From IMG/VR virus record IMGVR_UViG_2909267149_000003: a stretch of 47,751 nt of DNA. One strand, written 5' to 3'. Below are positions 1 through 10,267 of this stretch, in pieces. Numbering within the stretch: the first letter of the stretch is position 1; every line of letters starts with the position of its first letter. The position numbers and the translations under genes were made by a program. The notes beneath the pieces were generated by a model. It was not told the origin of the DNA. It did not search any database and saw only the letters and a program-made list of their open reading frames with translations. This DNA is from a virus. Taxonomy: Duplodnaviria; Heunggongvirae; Uroviricota; Caudoviricetes.

Positions 1-10
1 TTTCATCCTA

Positions 11-36
11 CCCAATAAAACGGGGCGCTCGGCCCC
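11..36 (-). terminator. rho-independent terminator just after the distal tail fibre gene
   Basis: Minus-strand hairpin GGGGC-loop-GCCCC (plus coords 22-36) followed by a U-rich tract (GUUUUAUUGGG), immediately 3' of the stop at 43-45. Confidence 0.5.
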
Positions 37-42
37 TTAATA

Positions 43-1083
43 TTATTTAGACGCAAGCGCCGCCTCAATTACAGATAATCTTTGTCTTAATTCTGCGTTT
101 TCTTCTTCCAGTGCTGTTATTCTGTCGTCTGACTCTCTGGCTACCTGAACAAGCAAGCCAGTAACACCAGAATAATCTACTGTGTAATAACGTTCACCTT
201 CTTCACCTTCCGATCCGCTCGCACCGTCCTGATATTTCATTGCGGAACCTACAACTTCTGGGATTGCTTCCAGAGCTTCCTGTGCAATGACACCAGCATA
301 GGGCATACCGTTTTCTTTAAGCGTGTATGTATAGCCGTTCATTTTACGGATGCGGTCGGTTGCATTATCGATCACCTGAATGTTGTCTTTCAGATCCCGG
401 TCGGAATGCTGGTTAAATGCGGTGGCATGACATGCACCATTAACGCTTAACATATAGGTGTTATCGGTATTTTTCTGCGCATAGAACATATAAGCGCCAC
501 CATCAACACCGACTTCATAAACAACAGGACGGCTGGAATTTCCCCATAATAACGTCGACACACCAGAATACGCCGTACCTTGCGTGTTTAGTGTCATGGT
601 CGACCCGTGATTAGCATATTTGATCTGCAATGAGTCTGTATTATCAAACTTAATAAGCGCGTTACTTCCCCGCACACCATACGACATGAGACAGTTCCCC
701 ATCTTAAGGTAACCATCACTGCCTGGAAAAATTAAAGTTCCTCCGTAAAGATCACTAAAGTCCCAAAAGATACCTTTTGTCCCGTTATGTGTGACGATCC
801 TCGTCATTGTATCTTTAGTACCATCAATATTTTTTCTGGTATATATGTCACTATAAGCGTTTTCCGTTTCACCAGTCTTATTTGACAAATGCAGCTTACC
901 GCTGAATATAGTTCCAGTTGTTGGCAATGTTTTTTGATCATAGATTACATTGCAATAACCATTCCATGTTGTTTTATTGTCTACATAAGATTTTGTTGCG
1001 TAGCTTCCTTGATCGTTTTTTAATTTGCTAACGTCGGATTTTAGCGTTTTGATGTCATCAGGAATTACTGTCGATGTAGCCAT
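43..1083 (-). CDS. tail fibre protein with C-terminal intramolecular chaperone (peptidase S74-like) domain
   Basis: 346 aa; C-terminal SDRDLKDNI motif followed by a coiled-coil tail (ITALEEENAELRQRL), typical of self-cleaving chaperone domains of phage fibres/endosialidases; sits at the distal end of the tail module. Confidence 0.7.
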   Translation of the reverse strand: MATSTVIPDDIKTLKSDVSKLKNDQGSYATKSYVDNKTTWNGYCNVIYDQKTLPTTGTIFSGKLHLSNKTGETENAYSDIYTRKNIDGTKDTMTRIVTHNGTKGIFWDFSDLYGGTLIFPGSDGYLKMGNCLMSYGVRGSNALIKFDNTDSLQIKYANHGSTMTLNTQGTAYSGVSTLLWGNSSRPVVYEVGVDGGAYMFYAQKNTDNTYMLSVNGACHATAFNQHSDRDLKDNIQVIDNATDRIRKMNGYTYTLKENGMPYAGVIAQEALEAIPEVVGSAMKYQDGASGSEGEEGERYYTVDYSGVTGLLVQVARESDDRITALEEENAELRQRLSVIEAALASK

Positions 1084-1092
1084 TTTTCTTCC

Positions 1093-1374
1093 TCACATCC
1101 AGCCACGAAGTTGATGCTCAACAGCAACCACGTATTCATCGAATAATGACGATATTTGCGAATCATTAATGATGCGCACGTTTACAAAATATCCGTCTTC
1201 CTTAACACATACCGGTTCGCCATCTTCAGTCAGTTCTCCGGTTTCTTTGTACACGTTACCTATCACGTCGATAAGAATATCATCCTGCATCGACTCGTCA
1301 TCATAATAGCCAATACTCTCCATAAAGGCCGAAAAGTCGGCCCTGTCTTCAAATTTGAGTGTTAAATCTTTCAT
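1093..1374 (-). CDS. small acidic hypothetical protein between the two tail fibre genes
   Basis: 93 aa, strongly acidic; its start overlaps the stf stop at 1374 (coupled). No resemblance to lambda Tfa that I can recognise. Confidence 0.5.
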   Translation of the reverse strand: MKDLTLKFEDRADFSAFMESIGYYDDESMQDDILIDVIGNVYKETGELTEDGEPVCVKEDGYFVNVRIINDSQISSLFDEYVVAVEHQLRGWM

Positions 1375-3749
1375 TAGATTGACTCCCCCACCTGAGCATC
1401 AGTCAATGCCTTGTGCCATATTCTGAAATTCCTGACATGACCAAATAAATGACGTAACCCGGCTGTAGTCTGGCCTCCAATACGGATAATTGCGGTGTTC
1501 TGAATACAGGACCATGTGGTTTTTGTTTCGCTGGATATATGCCCGTTACTTACTGAGCACGTAGACTGCTCTGACTTTACACGCATCCCCATAACCATTT
1601 TTTCAAGCGATGCGTTTTCGTTTACCCGTCTGTTAGCTCCTCCAATATCGCAATAAGGAAATCCGTCGTAATCTGTTGAACGACCGAAGCCAAGAATAAT
1701 AGCCGCTCCGGTTTGATGACCGCCGGTATCAAAAACACGTGGCGCTGCATTTGGCGTTTTATACCAGTTCTTATGTACCTCACAAAGAACCGTAAAAGGA
1801 AGATTATAAAGATTATTCTTAATTGGAACTGTAACTATATCGCTTGCGCGGGTCGCCGCCGTCGCTCCTGATATAATAAAAGATGATACACAAGGCCCAT
1901 CTTCTACTTGTGGGGTGGCCAGATAAATATAGTCACCAGATACGGTTGCCCCGCTCTGCTTAGGAGAATACTGTATCTGAGAGCCTATTTTTAACTCCCC
2001 ATCAATTGCCTGAATTGTTGCCTCTGCAAAAATCCATCCGGTAGCTTCGTCCTTTCTGACTCTCGCTGTAATCCTTGAGGCAGCACCGCCTGTCATATTA
2101 ATTTCAAGCGTTTGTGTATCAATATACGCATCACCAAGAAAAGTTGTTGCGCTACCGTCATATTTATCAAACCGGATACGCAACCTTACCTGCAGTTCTG
2201 TTTTAAAACGACATGAGGTTGTCACGTGTTTATTATCGCCTGAGACATCAACTGACTTTGTTGCAGCAATTGATGCCATATTAATGGCTGAGGTTTGCCC
2301 AATCAGAGAATCGTTGCAGACAAACTTTCCATAGGTAAAACCAAAATTATCCGTCCCTGTTTCGGGCACATCCATATTTGACGCTCGCCCCCAACTGGCA
2401 GGGCTTTCCGAATTGAGCATGTAGTTTGTTCTTTGCCCCTCAATAAGCAGGCCATCACGTTCAAATCGTGGCTCGTCAATGGCAGCCTCTGTCAGCACAC
2501 CAGATTTGTTAATATAGGTTGCTTTCGATGCACGTTTAAACTTAACAATCTTGTCGCCAGGCATCGTTATTTCATCGTCACCAATAACAATTTTTTTATA
2601 TGATGGCGAAAAGCCCGTAATCATATCCAGCGAATCGTTAAATGGTATCCACACATCAGGCAGCGGCTGTAAGACATATTTATACGGCTCCGCAGCCTGG
2701 CTTGCGTACTCTCTGGCTGCATCTTCGCTTGCTTTAGCTGCCGTCTGGCTTGCAGCGGATGCTTTCGCCGAGTTCGCCGCTGCAGTCTCGCTTGTCTTTG
2801 CATTGGTTTCACTGGTTTTTGCTGCTTTTTGACTGTTGGCTGATGCAGTGGCAGAAGCAGCCGCCGCGCTTGCAGAACCAGCTGCAGCACTCTCGCTTTG
2901 GGCTGCTGCATCCTGACTGTTTTTCGCCGCAGTTTCGCTGGCTTTGGCATTCGTTTCGCTGGTCTTCGCTGCCGTCTGGCTGGACTTTGCGTTAGTTTCA
3001 CTCGTCTTCGCAGCTTTCTGGCTGTTAGCCGCAGCAGTTGCTGATCCAGCTGCTGAAGTCGCAGAACCGGCTGCCGCGCTCTCGCTTTGGGCTGCTGCAA
3101 CCTGGCTGTTTTTTGCCGCAGTTTCACTGGCTTTGGCATTCGTTTCGCTTGTTTTCGCTGCCGTCTGGCTGGACTTTGCGTTGGTTTCGCTCGTCTTTGC
3201 GGCTGTCTCGCTATTTTTCGCGTTGGTTTCTGATTTTTTGGCTGCTGTCGCGGAGTTTGCCGATGCAGTCTGCGAGGACGCTGCCGCCTGTGCGCTGTTA
3301 GCTGCATTTGTTTCTGAGGTTTTCGCCGCGTTCTTCGATGATGCCGCTGCAGTTTCGGATTTCTTTGCCGCTGCTGCGCTCTGAGAGGCGGCTTCGGCGT
3401 TGCGTGCCGCTTCTTCCACCATTGCCTCAAAACGACGCAATGCCTCCGGCATGACATCATCCTCCGTCATGGCACCGAGAAAATCATTCAGCGTACCTGG
3501 TCTGGAACCTTCATAGACGGTAATGGTCCCGGCATGTGAAGGCGGAAAACCTTCAACCAGCAGGGTGACGCTGTACTGACCATACTCAACATCCATGCTG
3601 TAACGCCCGGCTTCATCCGGATTTTCAGAGGCCACCGTGTTCACCAGTACCGTGGTGCTGTTACGCTTTGCCTTCAGTTGAATAGTGCAGTTCTGTATTG
3701 GTTTTCCCGCACCATCTTTCAGCACACCTGAGATTTTTACTGCTGCCAT
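1374..3749 (-). CDS. stf: side tail fibre protein (lambda Stf-like N-terminus, Ala/Ser/Thr-rich repeat shaft, LamG/ConA-like C-terminus)
   Basis: N-terminus MAAVKISGVLKDGAGKPIQNCTIQLKAKRNSTTV closely matches lambda Stf; long AAKTSETNAKSSQTAAK repeats; C-terminal NFRIWHKALTDAQV resembles the closing motif of LamG-type lectin domains. The ORF track starts at a GTG at 3755; the ATG at 3749 is the likely start. Confidence 0.85.
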   Translation of the reverse strand: MAAVKISGVLKDGAGKPIQNCTIQLKAKRNSTTVLVNTVASENPDEAGRYSMDVEYGQYSVTLLVEGFPPSHAGTITVYEGSRPGTLNDFLGAMTEDDVMPEALRRFEAMVEEAARNAEAASQSAAAAKKSETAAASSKNAAKTSETNAANSAQAAASSQTASANSATAAKKSETNAKNSETAAKTSETNAKSSQTAAKTSETNAKASETAAKNSQVAAAQSESAAAGSATSAAGSATAAANSQKAAKTSETNAKSSQTAAKTSETNAKASETAAKNSQDAAAQSESAAAGSASAAAASATASANSQKAAKTSETNAKTSETAAANSAKASAASQTAAKASEDAAREYASQAAEPYKYVLQPLPDVWIPFNDSLDMITGFSPSYKKIVIGDDEITMPGDKIVKFKRASKATYINKSGVLTEAAIDEPRFERDGLLIEGQRTNYMLNSESPASWGRASNMDVPETGTDNFGFTYGKFVCNDSLIGQTSAINMASIAATKSVDVSGDNKHVTTSCRFKTELQVRLRIRFDKYDGSATTFLGDAYIDTQTLEINMTGGAASRITARVRKDEATGWIFAEATIQAIDGELKIGSQIQYSPKQSGATVSGDYIYLATPQVEDGPCVSSFIISGATAATRASDIVTVPIKNNLYNLPFTVLCEVHKNWYKTPNAAPRVFDTGGHQTGAAIILGFGRSTDYDGFPYCDIGGANRRVNENASLEKMVMGMRVKSEQSTCSVSNGHISSETKTTWSCIQNTAIIRIGGQTTAGLRHLFGHVRNFRIWHKALTDAQVGESI
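2870..3247. repeat. tandem duplication (about 189 bp x 2) inside stf coding sequence
   Basis: Segments starting near 2881 and 3061 are near-identical (e.g. ctctcgctttgggctgctgca, gcattcgtttcgct, gccgtctggctggactttgcgtt); this produces the many overlapping out-of-frame ORFs in the track at 2551-3460. Confidence 0.75.
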
Positions 3750-3760
3750 ATCCACTCCAC

Positions 3761-3786
3761 AAAAAAGCCCGCCTGAACCGGCGGGC
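3761..3786 (-). terminator. rho-independent terminator between lom and stf
   Basis: Minus-strand hairpin GCCCGCC-GGUUCA-GGCGGGC followed by UUUUUU (plus-strand A6 at 3761-3766). Confidence 0.6.
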
Positions 3787-3813
3787 TGTCATAACACTGT
3801 GTTACCTGGCTAA

Positions 3814-4413
3814 TCAGAACTTATAACCGACACCCACGATGAAACCGTCAGTGCGCCAGTCGCCACTGCCGGAGCCTTCATAAGCAATATCAATGGCCAC
3901 GGATTCGGTCGGGTTAAACTGCACGCCAGCTCCCCACGCCAGAGACGTGTTGCTGTGGCGATCGTCATCACTTCCGGTCAGCACATCGTGCGTTTTCCCC
4001 TTGTTGTCAGTTACGCGGAGATAATCCCCGGAGAACATCGAAACACGGCTGTAAGCCACACCTGCCATCGCATAAGCACTGAACCATTCATTCACGCGTA
4101 CAGACGGCCCCGCCATCATGCTGAACCAGCGGTTACGCACTGAATCTTCATGCCAGCGGGTATCGCTGTAATGCGTTTTTTGCTCATCTTTGGCATTGGC
4201 ATAACTGAATGACGTCACCAGCCCCAGCGTGTCCGTAAATTCATAACGGTATTTCACGTTAATGCCCTTCAGGTCATCACTGCCTGGCATATCAGTATGG
4301 GTCTGAAGATACCCGGCGCTTAGTGTGGACTGATGCTCTGCTGCGCTCGCTGGCATACCAGCGGCAACCAGCCAGACTACTGCGGACAGAATAACAGCAC
4401 ATAATTTACGCAT
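3814..4413 (-). CDS. lom: Lom/Ail-family outer-membrane beta-barrel protein
   Basis: 199 aa, N-terminal signal peptide (AAGMPASAAEH), C-terminal GVGYKF beta-barrel ending; position directly after J as in lambda. Confidence 0.9.
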   Translation of the reverse strand: MRKLCAVILSAVVWLVAAGMPASAAEHQSTLSAGYLQTHTDMPGSDDLKGINVKYRYEFTDTLGLVTSFSYANAKDEQKTHYSDTRWHEDSVRNRWFSMMAGPSVRVNEWFSAYAMAGVAYSRVSMFSGDYLRVTDNKGKTHDVLTGSDDDRHSNTSLAWGAGVQFNPTESVAIDIAYEGSGSGDWRTDGFIVGVGYKF

Positions 4414-4435
4414 AATTACCTCTCGCTTTTCTGCA

Positions 4436-4461
4436 ATAAAAAAGGCACCATTTCTGGTGCC
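4436..4461 (-). terminator. rho-independent terminator between J and lom
   Basis: Minus-strand hairpin GGCACCA-GAAA-UGGUGCC followed by an 8-U tract (plus-strand A-run 4436-4443). Confidence 0.6.
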
Positions 4462-4480
4462 CGTATCTGGGTTATAAAAT

Positions 4481-7400
4481 TCAGCTAATCGTGATGCCTG
4501 TAGTGGCTTTCTTCATCACCACAACCAGCAAATCGCTGATACTTGCTGTGGGATACCAGTTATTTACCAGCCATGCTGACACCGAAAACTCCAGTGTCAT
4601 GTGACCGTGACCGGCAGGCATATCAATAACGCCACTGTAAATCAGCGTATTATCCAGCGCGGTACGGTTATAAATTTCAGCACCGTTTTTCCGCACTATC
4701 AGACGGCATGAGGAGTAAATATCAGTATGCTCTCTCTCATGCTTAGCGCCACTGAATGCCACCGCCGGAATAACAATTTGCCGGTCAAACGGCTGATCGT
4801 CATAAACCCTGACGGTAATGGTCCCTGATGGCCACCGCTCCGGTGCCCGGGAGTCACGGGGGAAAGCTTTGCCCACTGTTTTAACGAGATCGCCTTCAAT
4901 CTGGTTCGCGGACAGTTTTCCCAGAACCCGGCAGTTCTCGTTAATCGTGACGTTGTTGAGCGTCCCGGAGTTCGCATTCACGTTACCGCTGATATCGGCA
5001 TTTTTCGCCGTCAGCCGCCCGTCCGGTGTCAGGGAAAATGCCGGAGGATTACCGCCGCTGGTAATGGTGGGAGCCGTCAGATATTTCAGGAACACTTCGT
5101 TCATGAATATCTGATCGCCCTGACCAACAAACATTGGTCTTGTGTTGCCATTAGACGGATCAATAAACGCGATACGGTTAGCGGCAACCAGGAACTGGCT
5201 CAGTTTGCCTTCCTCCGTATCCTCCATGCTGAGGCCAAGCCCCGCGACATAATGCCTGCCGTCTTCGGTCTGCTCAATTTTGACGCCCCACATGGCATTC
5301 CATTTATCGTTGGCGTCTTTCCACTCTTTCGAAAACTCCTCCAGTCTGCTGGCGTTATCCTCCGTCAGCTCGACTTTTTCCAGCAGCTCCTTGCCGAGAT
5401 GGGATTCGGTTATCTGGCCTTTGAAAAAATCCAGGTAACCTTCCGCATCATCGCTCGCCCGACCAACAGCCTCCACGAATGCCGATTTGCCGACGGTGTT
5501 CACACTGCGGATATAAAAGTAATAATCACGGCCCGGTTTGATATTGGTACTGGCGGCTATCCAGTACAGCGCCGTGCCAAGATAGCGGGCTGTGGTTTCA
5601 ACCTGTCTGATATCAGCAACCCGCTTTTCCGAGAACCAGAACTCAAACTGTACCGTCGGGTCATAAACGGCAAGATGCGGCGTGGCGGTTATCTGAAAAT
5701 AGCCCGGCGTCAGCTCAATCCGCGACGGTGCTGCCGGTGCGGCAATCCGGAACGATACCGATGCCGGATCGCCCTGCTGTCCCCACGCATTTGCCGCCCG
5801 GACTGTCAGCCTGTAGTTCCCCAGCGCCAGCTGCCTGAAGCGGTATGTGTTTTCCGTCGTCCTGGCCGTGCTGACCAGCCGCTCACTGCCGTCATCCGCT
5901 GCCACGGTCAGGCGAAGCATAAAGCTCACGCCCTTCACCACCTTCGGCGTATCCCAGCGCGCCAGCACCTGGTATTCCCCGCTGTCTGCGGTGACTTCGG
6001 CGGTCAGGTGCTGCACCGCTGGCGGCGTGACACCATTCACCGTGCCGCTCTGGTCGCCGTCAAAGTGCGCCCCGTTATCCACGATGGCTTCTTTTTCCGG
6101 TACATGCTGCACGGCAGTGATGGCATACGTGCCGTCATCGTTCTCACGGATACTCACACAGCGGAACAGGCGCTGACGCAACGTCGGCAACTTCAGCCCC
6201 CACACACTGTATTCTGCAACGCCGTCAGGAACCCGATTCACTTTCACCTTAAGTCCGTCGGTGACGGACTGAACCTCCACGCTGACCGGATTACCACTTC
6301 CGTCAACCAGGCTTATCAGCGTGGTACCGGAGGATGGCAGCGTGATTTCACGGTCGAGCGTCAGCGTCCGGGTCTGGCTGTTCACCGCCAGCACGCGACC
6401 ACCGGTGCTGATACCGGCATAGTCATCATCGCAGATTTCAATGACATCGCCCGGTACATGGCGAAGCCCTTCAGCACCCACGCTGAAGTCCACGGTCTGC
6501 GTTTCCAGCAGTTCCGTTTTAATCAGCCACAGCCCGGCGCGGTGTGCCTGCCCCCGGCTGGTACAGCCAAAGGCATCCATCTTCGTGACATTACGACCGT
6601 AACGGGCAATGGCCTGCGTATCTTCAACAAGCTCTGTCGCCGTCTCCCAGCCGTTGTTCGGGTCAATCCAGTTCACCTCAACGGCATTATGGCGGTCCTT
6701 CAGGGCGCTGAAGCTGTAGCGGAACGGCGCGCCATCATCCGGCATCACCACATTACTGCGGTTATAGGTCCACACCTTATCCGACGGTCGGTCCTGCACG
6801 AACGTCAGCGTCTGCCCGTTCCATACCGGCATACAGCGCATCGCCGAGCAGAAATCACTGAGCACATCCCACGCCTTGCGCTGTGTGGTCAGGTACGCAT
6901 TACAGGTAATGCGCGGCTCCGTGCCGCCAAAGCCGTCCGGCACCGACTGGTCGCAATTCTGGCCGATGACATACAGCGCCCATTTATCCATATCTGCCGC
7001 ACCAAGACGTTTCCCCATGCCGTAGCGCGGGTGGGTCAGCATATCCCACAGACACCAGGCCATGTTGTTGCTGTATGCCGGTTTAAACGTTCCGTCCCAG
7101 ATACCGCTGTATTGCCGCGTCTGCGGGTTATAATTCGACGGCACCTGCAGAATACGCCCGCGCAGATGATAATTACGGCTCACCTGCTGGCTGCCGAACT
7201 GCTCCGAATCCACCTGCACGCCGACCAGTGCCGTGTTCGGGTAGCACTGTTTCACATCGATGATTTCGGTGTATGACGACCAGAGCGTTTTGTTCTGCAG
7301 CTGGTCTGTGGTGCTGTCCGGCGTCATCCTGCGCATCCGTATATTGAACGGGCGCGGCGGCAGGTTATCCACCACCACCGAGGCCAGATACTGCGAGGTG

Positions 7401-7876
7401 GTTTTGCCCTTAATGGTGATGTCTTTTTCCGTCACCCAGCCACCATTACGCTGTATCTGAACCAGCAGGCGGACTTCCGATGGATTCCTGTCCCCCTTTG
7501 AGGTGGTTTCCACCAGTGCCTGCACGCCGAAAGTAAAACGCAGACGGTCAATGTTTGCCGACGTGATGGTCCGGGTGATCGGAGTGTCATATTTCACTTC
7601 TGTACCGAGCACCGTCTCGGAGCCGGAGGATTCAAACCCCTCCGGCGGTGTCTGCTCCTGCTCACCGGCACGGAACACCACCGTGACGCCGGATATATTG
7701 GTATTCCCCTCACTGTCCAGCACCGGCGTACTGTTCAGCAGCACGCTTTTTAATCCATCCACCGGACCTTCAACCGGCCCTTCGCTGATGGCATCGATCA
7801 CACTCAGCAGCTGCGTGGACTTCAGGTTGTCCTTCGCTTCGCGCGGGGTATGCCCCTTACTGCTGCCTTTACCCAT
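4481..7876 (-). CDS. J: host specificity / central tail fibre protein J
   Basis: 1131 aa, lambda gpJ-like length and N-terminus ([34 protein letters not shown]); follows I-K-L-M. Confidence 0.95.
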   Translation of the reverse strand: MGKGSSKGHTPREAKDNLKSTQLLSVIDAISEGPVEGPVDGLKSVLLNSTPVLDSEGNTNISGVTVVFRAGEQEQTPPEGFESSGSETVLGTEVKYDTPITRTITSANIDRLRFTFGVQALVETTSKGDRNPSEVRLLVQIQRNGGWVTEKDITIKGKTTSQYLASVVVDNLPPRPFNIRMRRMTPDSTTDQLQNKTLWSSYTEIIDVKQCYPNTALVGVQVDSEQFGSQQVSRNYHLRGRILQVPSNYNPQTRQYSGIWDGTFKPAYSNNMAWCLWDMLTHPRYGMGKRLGAADMDKWALYVIGQNCDQSVPDGFGGTEPRITCNAYLTTQRKAWDVLSDFCSAMRCMPVWNGQTLTFVQDRPSDKVWTYNRSNVVMPDDGAPFRYSFSALKDRHNAVEVNWIDPNNGWETATELVEDTQAIARYGRNVTKMDAFGCTSRGQAHRAGLWLIKTELLETQTVDFSVGAEGLRHVPGDVIEICDDDYAGISTGGRVLAVNSQTRTLTLDREITLPSSGTTLISLVDGSGNPVSVEVQSVTDGLKVKVNRVPDGVAEYSVWGLKLPTLRQRLFRCVSIRENDDGTYAITAVQHVPEKEAIVDNGAHFDGDQSGTVNGVTPPAVQHLTAEVTADSGEYQVLARWDTPKVVKGVSFMLRLTVAADDGSERLVSTARTTENTYRFRQLALGNYRLTVRAANAWGQQGDPASVSFRIAAPAAPSRIELTPGYFQITATPHLAVYDPTVQFEFWFSEKRVADIRQVETTARYLGTALYWIAASTNIKPGRDYYFYIRSVNTVGKSAFVEAVGRASDDAEGYLDFFKGQITESHLGKELLEKVELTEDNASRLEEFSKEWKDANDKWNAMWGVKIEQTEDGRHYVAGLGLSMEDTEEGKLSQFLVAANRIAFIDPSNGNTRPMFVGQGDQIFMNEVFLKYLTAPTITSGGNPPAFSLTPDGRLTAKNADISGNVNANSGTLNNVTINENCRVLGKLSANQIEGDLVKTVGKAFPRDSRAPERWPSGTITVRVYDDQPFDRQIVIPAVAFSGAKHEREHTDIYSSCRLIVRKNGAEIYNRTALDNTLIYSGVIDMPAGHGHMTLEFSVSAWLVNNWYPTASISDLLVVVMKKATTGITIS

Positions 7877-7936
7877 TCGTCATGCTCCATAAACGATAAA
7901 ACCGCCCAGAGGCGGTTTCACATAAAACATTTTGCA

Positions 7937-8584
7937 TCAGCGACCAATCACCACAACCTGACCACCATCCCCTTCGTCTGCCGTGCTGATCTCCTGAGAA
8001 ACCACGCGTGACCCCACGCGCATTTCACCGTACAGAACCGGCAGAACATTGCCCTGGGCAACCATGTTATCCAGTGACGAGAAATAGGTGTTCTGTTTGC
8101 CGTTATCTGTACTGGCTGCCGTGGGCGTCCTGGCTTTCGGTGCCAGCATCTGCGCCACACCGCCCAGGATCATACTGGCCCCTGCCGCATACATGCCCGA
8201 TACAGCCGCGGCACCCAGCCAGCCCACAGGGTTCCACCATGCCACCGCAATCAGCGCCGCACCCAGCACCGCCTGAAACACACCGCCACTTTTAGCTCCC
8301 GCCAGACGCGGCACGATGTGGATCACGGCACCATTTGCCAGCGATTCATTAAGACGGGCAGATAATTCGGTTTCGCCTGCATCACGCCCGGCAATGCGCA
8401 CCTGATACCAGCCGTCATTCAGTTTCTGACGAAACGCCGGGAGCTGTGTGGCCAGTGCCCGGATGGCTTCAGCCCCCGTTTTCACACGAAGGTCGATACG
8501 GCGGCCAAATCGTTGTAAATCCCCGTAAAGGCAGATGCGCGCCATGCCCGGTGACGCCAGAGGGAGTGTGTGCGTCGCTGCCAT
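7937..8584 (-). CDS. I: tail assembly protein I
   Basis: 215 aa, MAATHTLPLASPGMARICLYGDLQRFGRRIDL N-terminus typical of lambda gpI; between K and J. True start may be the internal Met (8545). Confidence 0.85.
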   Translation of the reverse strand: MAATHTLPLASPGMARICLYGDLQRFGRRIDLRVKTGAEAIRALATQLPAFRQKLNDGWYQVRIAGRDAGETELSARLNESLANGAVIHIVPRLAGAKSGGVFQAVLGAALIAVAWWNPVGWLGAAAVSGMYAAGASMILGGVAQMLAPKARTPTAASTDNGKQNTYFSSLDNMVAQGNVLPVLYGEMRVGSRVVSQEISTADEGDGGQVVVIGR

Positions 8585-9225
8585 TTGTCGGTATACCTCT
8601 CTCGTTTGCTCAGTTGTTCAGGAATATGGTGCAGCAGCTCGCCGTCACCACAGTAAATGGCTGCGTGATTCGGCACCGATGAACCAAAACAGCACAGCAG
8701 GATATCGCCCGCCTGTGCAGAGGACAGGGGCACCCGATAAAAGCCGGAGGCCTCCATATTGTCCAGGTAAAGATTCTGGCCGTTACGCCACCAGTCATCC
8801 CCGCGATGAAAATCCGGCATCTCAATTCCCGCCAGATGGTATGCATCCCGGAACAGCGTGTAACAGTCCGTCACCCCGTGCTCAAAGCGCCGCCCGGTGA
8901 GATGCGGCACACAGCGGAATTTATGAATCTCACCCCGGCAGACCAGCCACCACGGCAAATCACTCTGCACCTGCAGCCGCCGGTCAGCCTCACTCAGCCA
9001 GGGCAGACCACCGGGGTGGCTGTGGACCAGCGCCACAATCTCACCCTGCATCTCTGCCCGCAGCCAGTCCTCCGGCGACATCCGGAAATACTCCTCCGGC
9101 TCAGCGGAGATATTCACGCAGGGAAAATATCTTTCCCCTTCCGGCGTTCTCACCACGAAGCCGCACGACTCCGCTAGCGCACATCGCCGGGCGTGCGCCA
9201 GAATCGCTGATTCTGTCTGTGTCAT
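8482..9225 (-). CDS. K: tail assembly protein K (MPN/JAMM motif plus NlpC/P60-like region)
   Basis: 247-aa ORF with HSHPGG...SEAD JAMM-like motif and a Cys/His hydrolase region; lambda K position. Overlaps I, so the true 3' boundary or start may differ. Confidence 0.8.
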   Translation of the reverse strand: MTQTESAILAHARRCALAESCGFVVRTPEGERYFPCVNISAEPEEYFRMSPEDWLRAEMQGEIVALVHSHPGGLPWLSEADRRLQVQSDLPWWLVCRGEIHKFRCVPHLTGRRFEHGVTDCYTLFRDAYHLAGIEMPDFHRGDDWWRNGQNLYLDNMEASGFYRVPLSSAQAGDILLCCFGSSVPNHAAIYCGDGELLHHIPEQLSKRERYTDKWQRRTHSLWRHRAWRASAFTGIYNDLAAVSTFV

Positions 9226-9230
9226 GGGAT

Positions 9231-9929
9231 TTACTGCGAAAGTTTGTTAATGGAAAGGAAGCCGCCAAAGTTGCTGACATTATTGCGGAACTTACAGCCA
9301 CTCAGGCATTTGCTGCATTTATCCTTCGTGATATCGGACGTCGGCTGGTCATATTCATCCGCGACAGCCGGACCGTGATAACCACACTCATCACCGCGAT
9401 AGGTCCAGGTGCAGGTATTAGCAAGCATGATGCGCCCCGGAAAAACAGCGCCGTCCGTTTCCGTCGGCGTGGACAGTACAAAGGAGGCACTGACCGCGCT
9501 CAGTTCGCTGCACTGCTCAATACGCCAGCGGCTGATCACCTCCTGCTCCGGATCGGCGTCACTGTTTCCGTTGACGAAGTTCACCGCATCCAGAAAACGG
9601 GCGTAAACCTTACGCCTGACCACCGTTCCGCCGACCAGACTCTGCAGGTCTTCCGCCATCCCGGTGACCATGCCGTGCAGATTAGAGACTTTCAGCGTTG
9701 GCCTTGCACTGGCACCTTTGCCGTTCATCTCAAATCCACTCCCCTGAATGGGATAGGCCTGATACTGCCGACTCTGCCAGGTGACAGACTCTCCTTTCTC
9801 GTTCTGCTCATTGCAGAAAAAGTAGCGATCCCCGCCTACCTCGGTCAGGTCGATTTCCCAGAGCACCACGCTGGCCGACTGCTCCGCACGAATGCATTCA
9901 TTCAGCGTTTCCTGTTGTATGTCCTGCAT
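9231..9929 (-). CDS. L: minor tail protein L
   Basis: 232 aa, same length as lambda gpL, conserved Cys cluster near the C-terminus (CSKCLSGCKF). Confidence 0.9.
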   Translation of the reverse strand: MQDIQQETLNECIRAEQSASVVLWEIDLTEVGGDRYFFCNEQNEKGESVTWQSRQYQAYPIQGSGFEMNGKGASARPTLKVSNLHGMVTGMAEDLQSLVGGTVVRRKVYARFLDAVNFVNGNSDADPEQEVISRWRIEQCSELSAVSASFVLSTPTETDGAVFPGRIMLANTCTWTYRGDECGYHGPAVADEYDQPTSDITKDKCSKCLSGCKFRNNVSNFGGFLSINKLSQ

Positions 9930-10267
9930 CAGATCACCACTTCGTCAAACTGACACGAAAAATCGGTATAGGTGATATGTTCTGTCGCTGACCACGTTCG
10001 ACACACCACTCTGATTTTTCTGTTAATACCAGGCGGGCGCCAAAAAAAAGATTTATAGCCTTCATGCCGGGCTAAAAATTTTTCAAATGAATCACGTTCA
10101 TTCGCCTCAACTTTGAAATCACAGGTGAAAACGCGCAGAGAATGATTAAGTCCATTTGGACTTCGTTGCTCATAACCATCGCCAAATCTTACAGTTTTTA
10201 TCGATGGTTTATTTTCTGTTTTCATTCCATCCTCTGGTAACCAGTGAAATTCTTCCGTATTAGCCAC
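9929..10267 (-). CDS. M: minor tail protein M
   Basis: 112 aa; [12 protein letters not shown] motif matches lambda gpM (VRFGDGYSQRAP); stop overlaps the L start. Confidence 0.9.
   Translation of the reverse strand: MANTEEFHWLPEDGMKTENKPSIKTVRFGDGYEQRSPNGLNHSLRVFTCDFKVEANERDSFEKFLARHEGYKSFFWRPPGINRKIRVVCRTWSATEHITYTDFSCQFDEVVI

Noticed and set aside
2551-3460. Cluster of overlapping ORFs on both strands (279-aa R/Q/K-rich, 146-aa Ala/Phe-rich, and others) inside stf
   Set aside because: Alternative-frame artefacts of the repetitive Ala/Ser/Thr-coding shaft of stf; the in-frame stf translation with a lambda-like N-terminus explains the region.
5252-7276. 674-aa plus-strand ORF (Arg/Ala/His-rich) covering most of the J gene
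   Set aside because: Entirely antisense to the well-supported J reading frame, low-complexity composition, no RBS; typical spurious ORF in GC-rich coding sequence.
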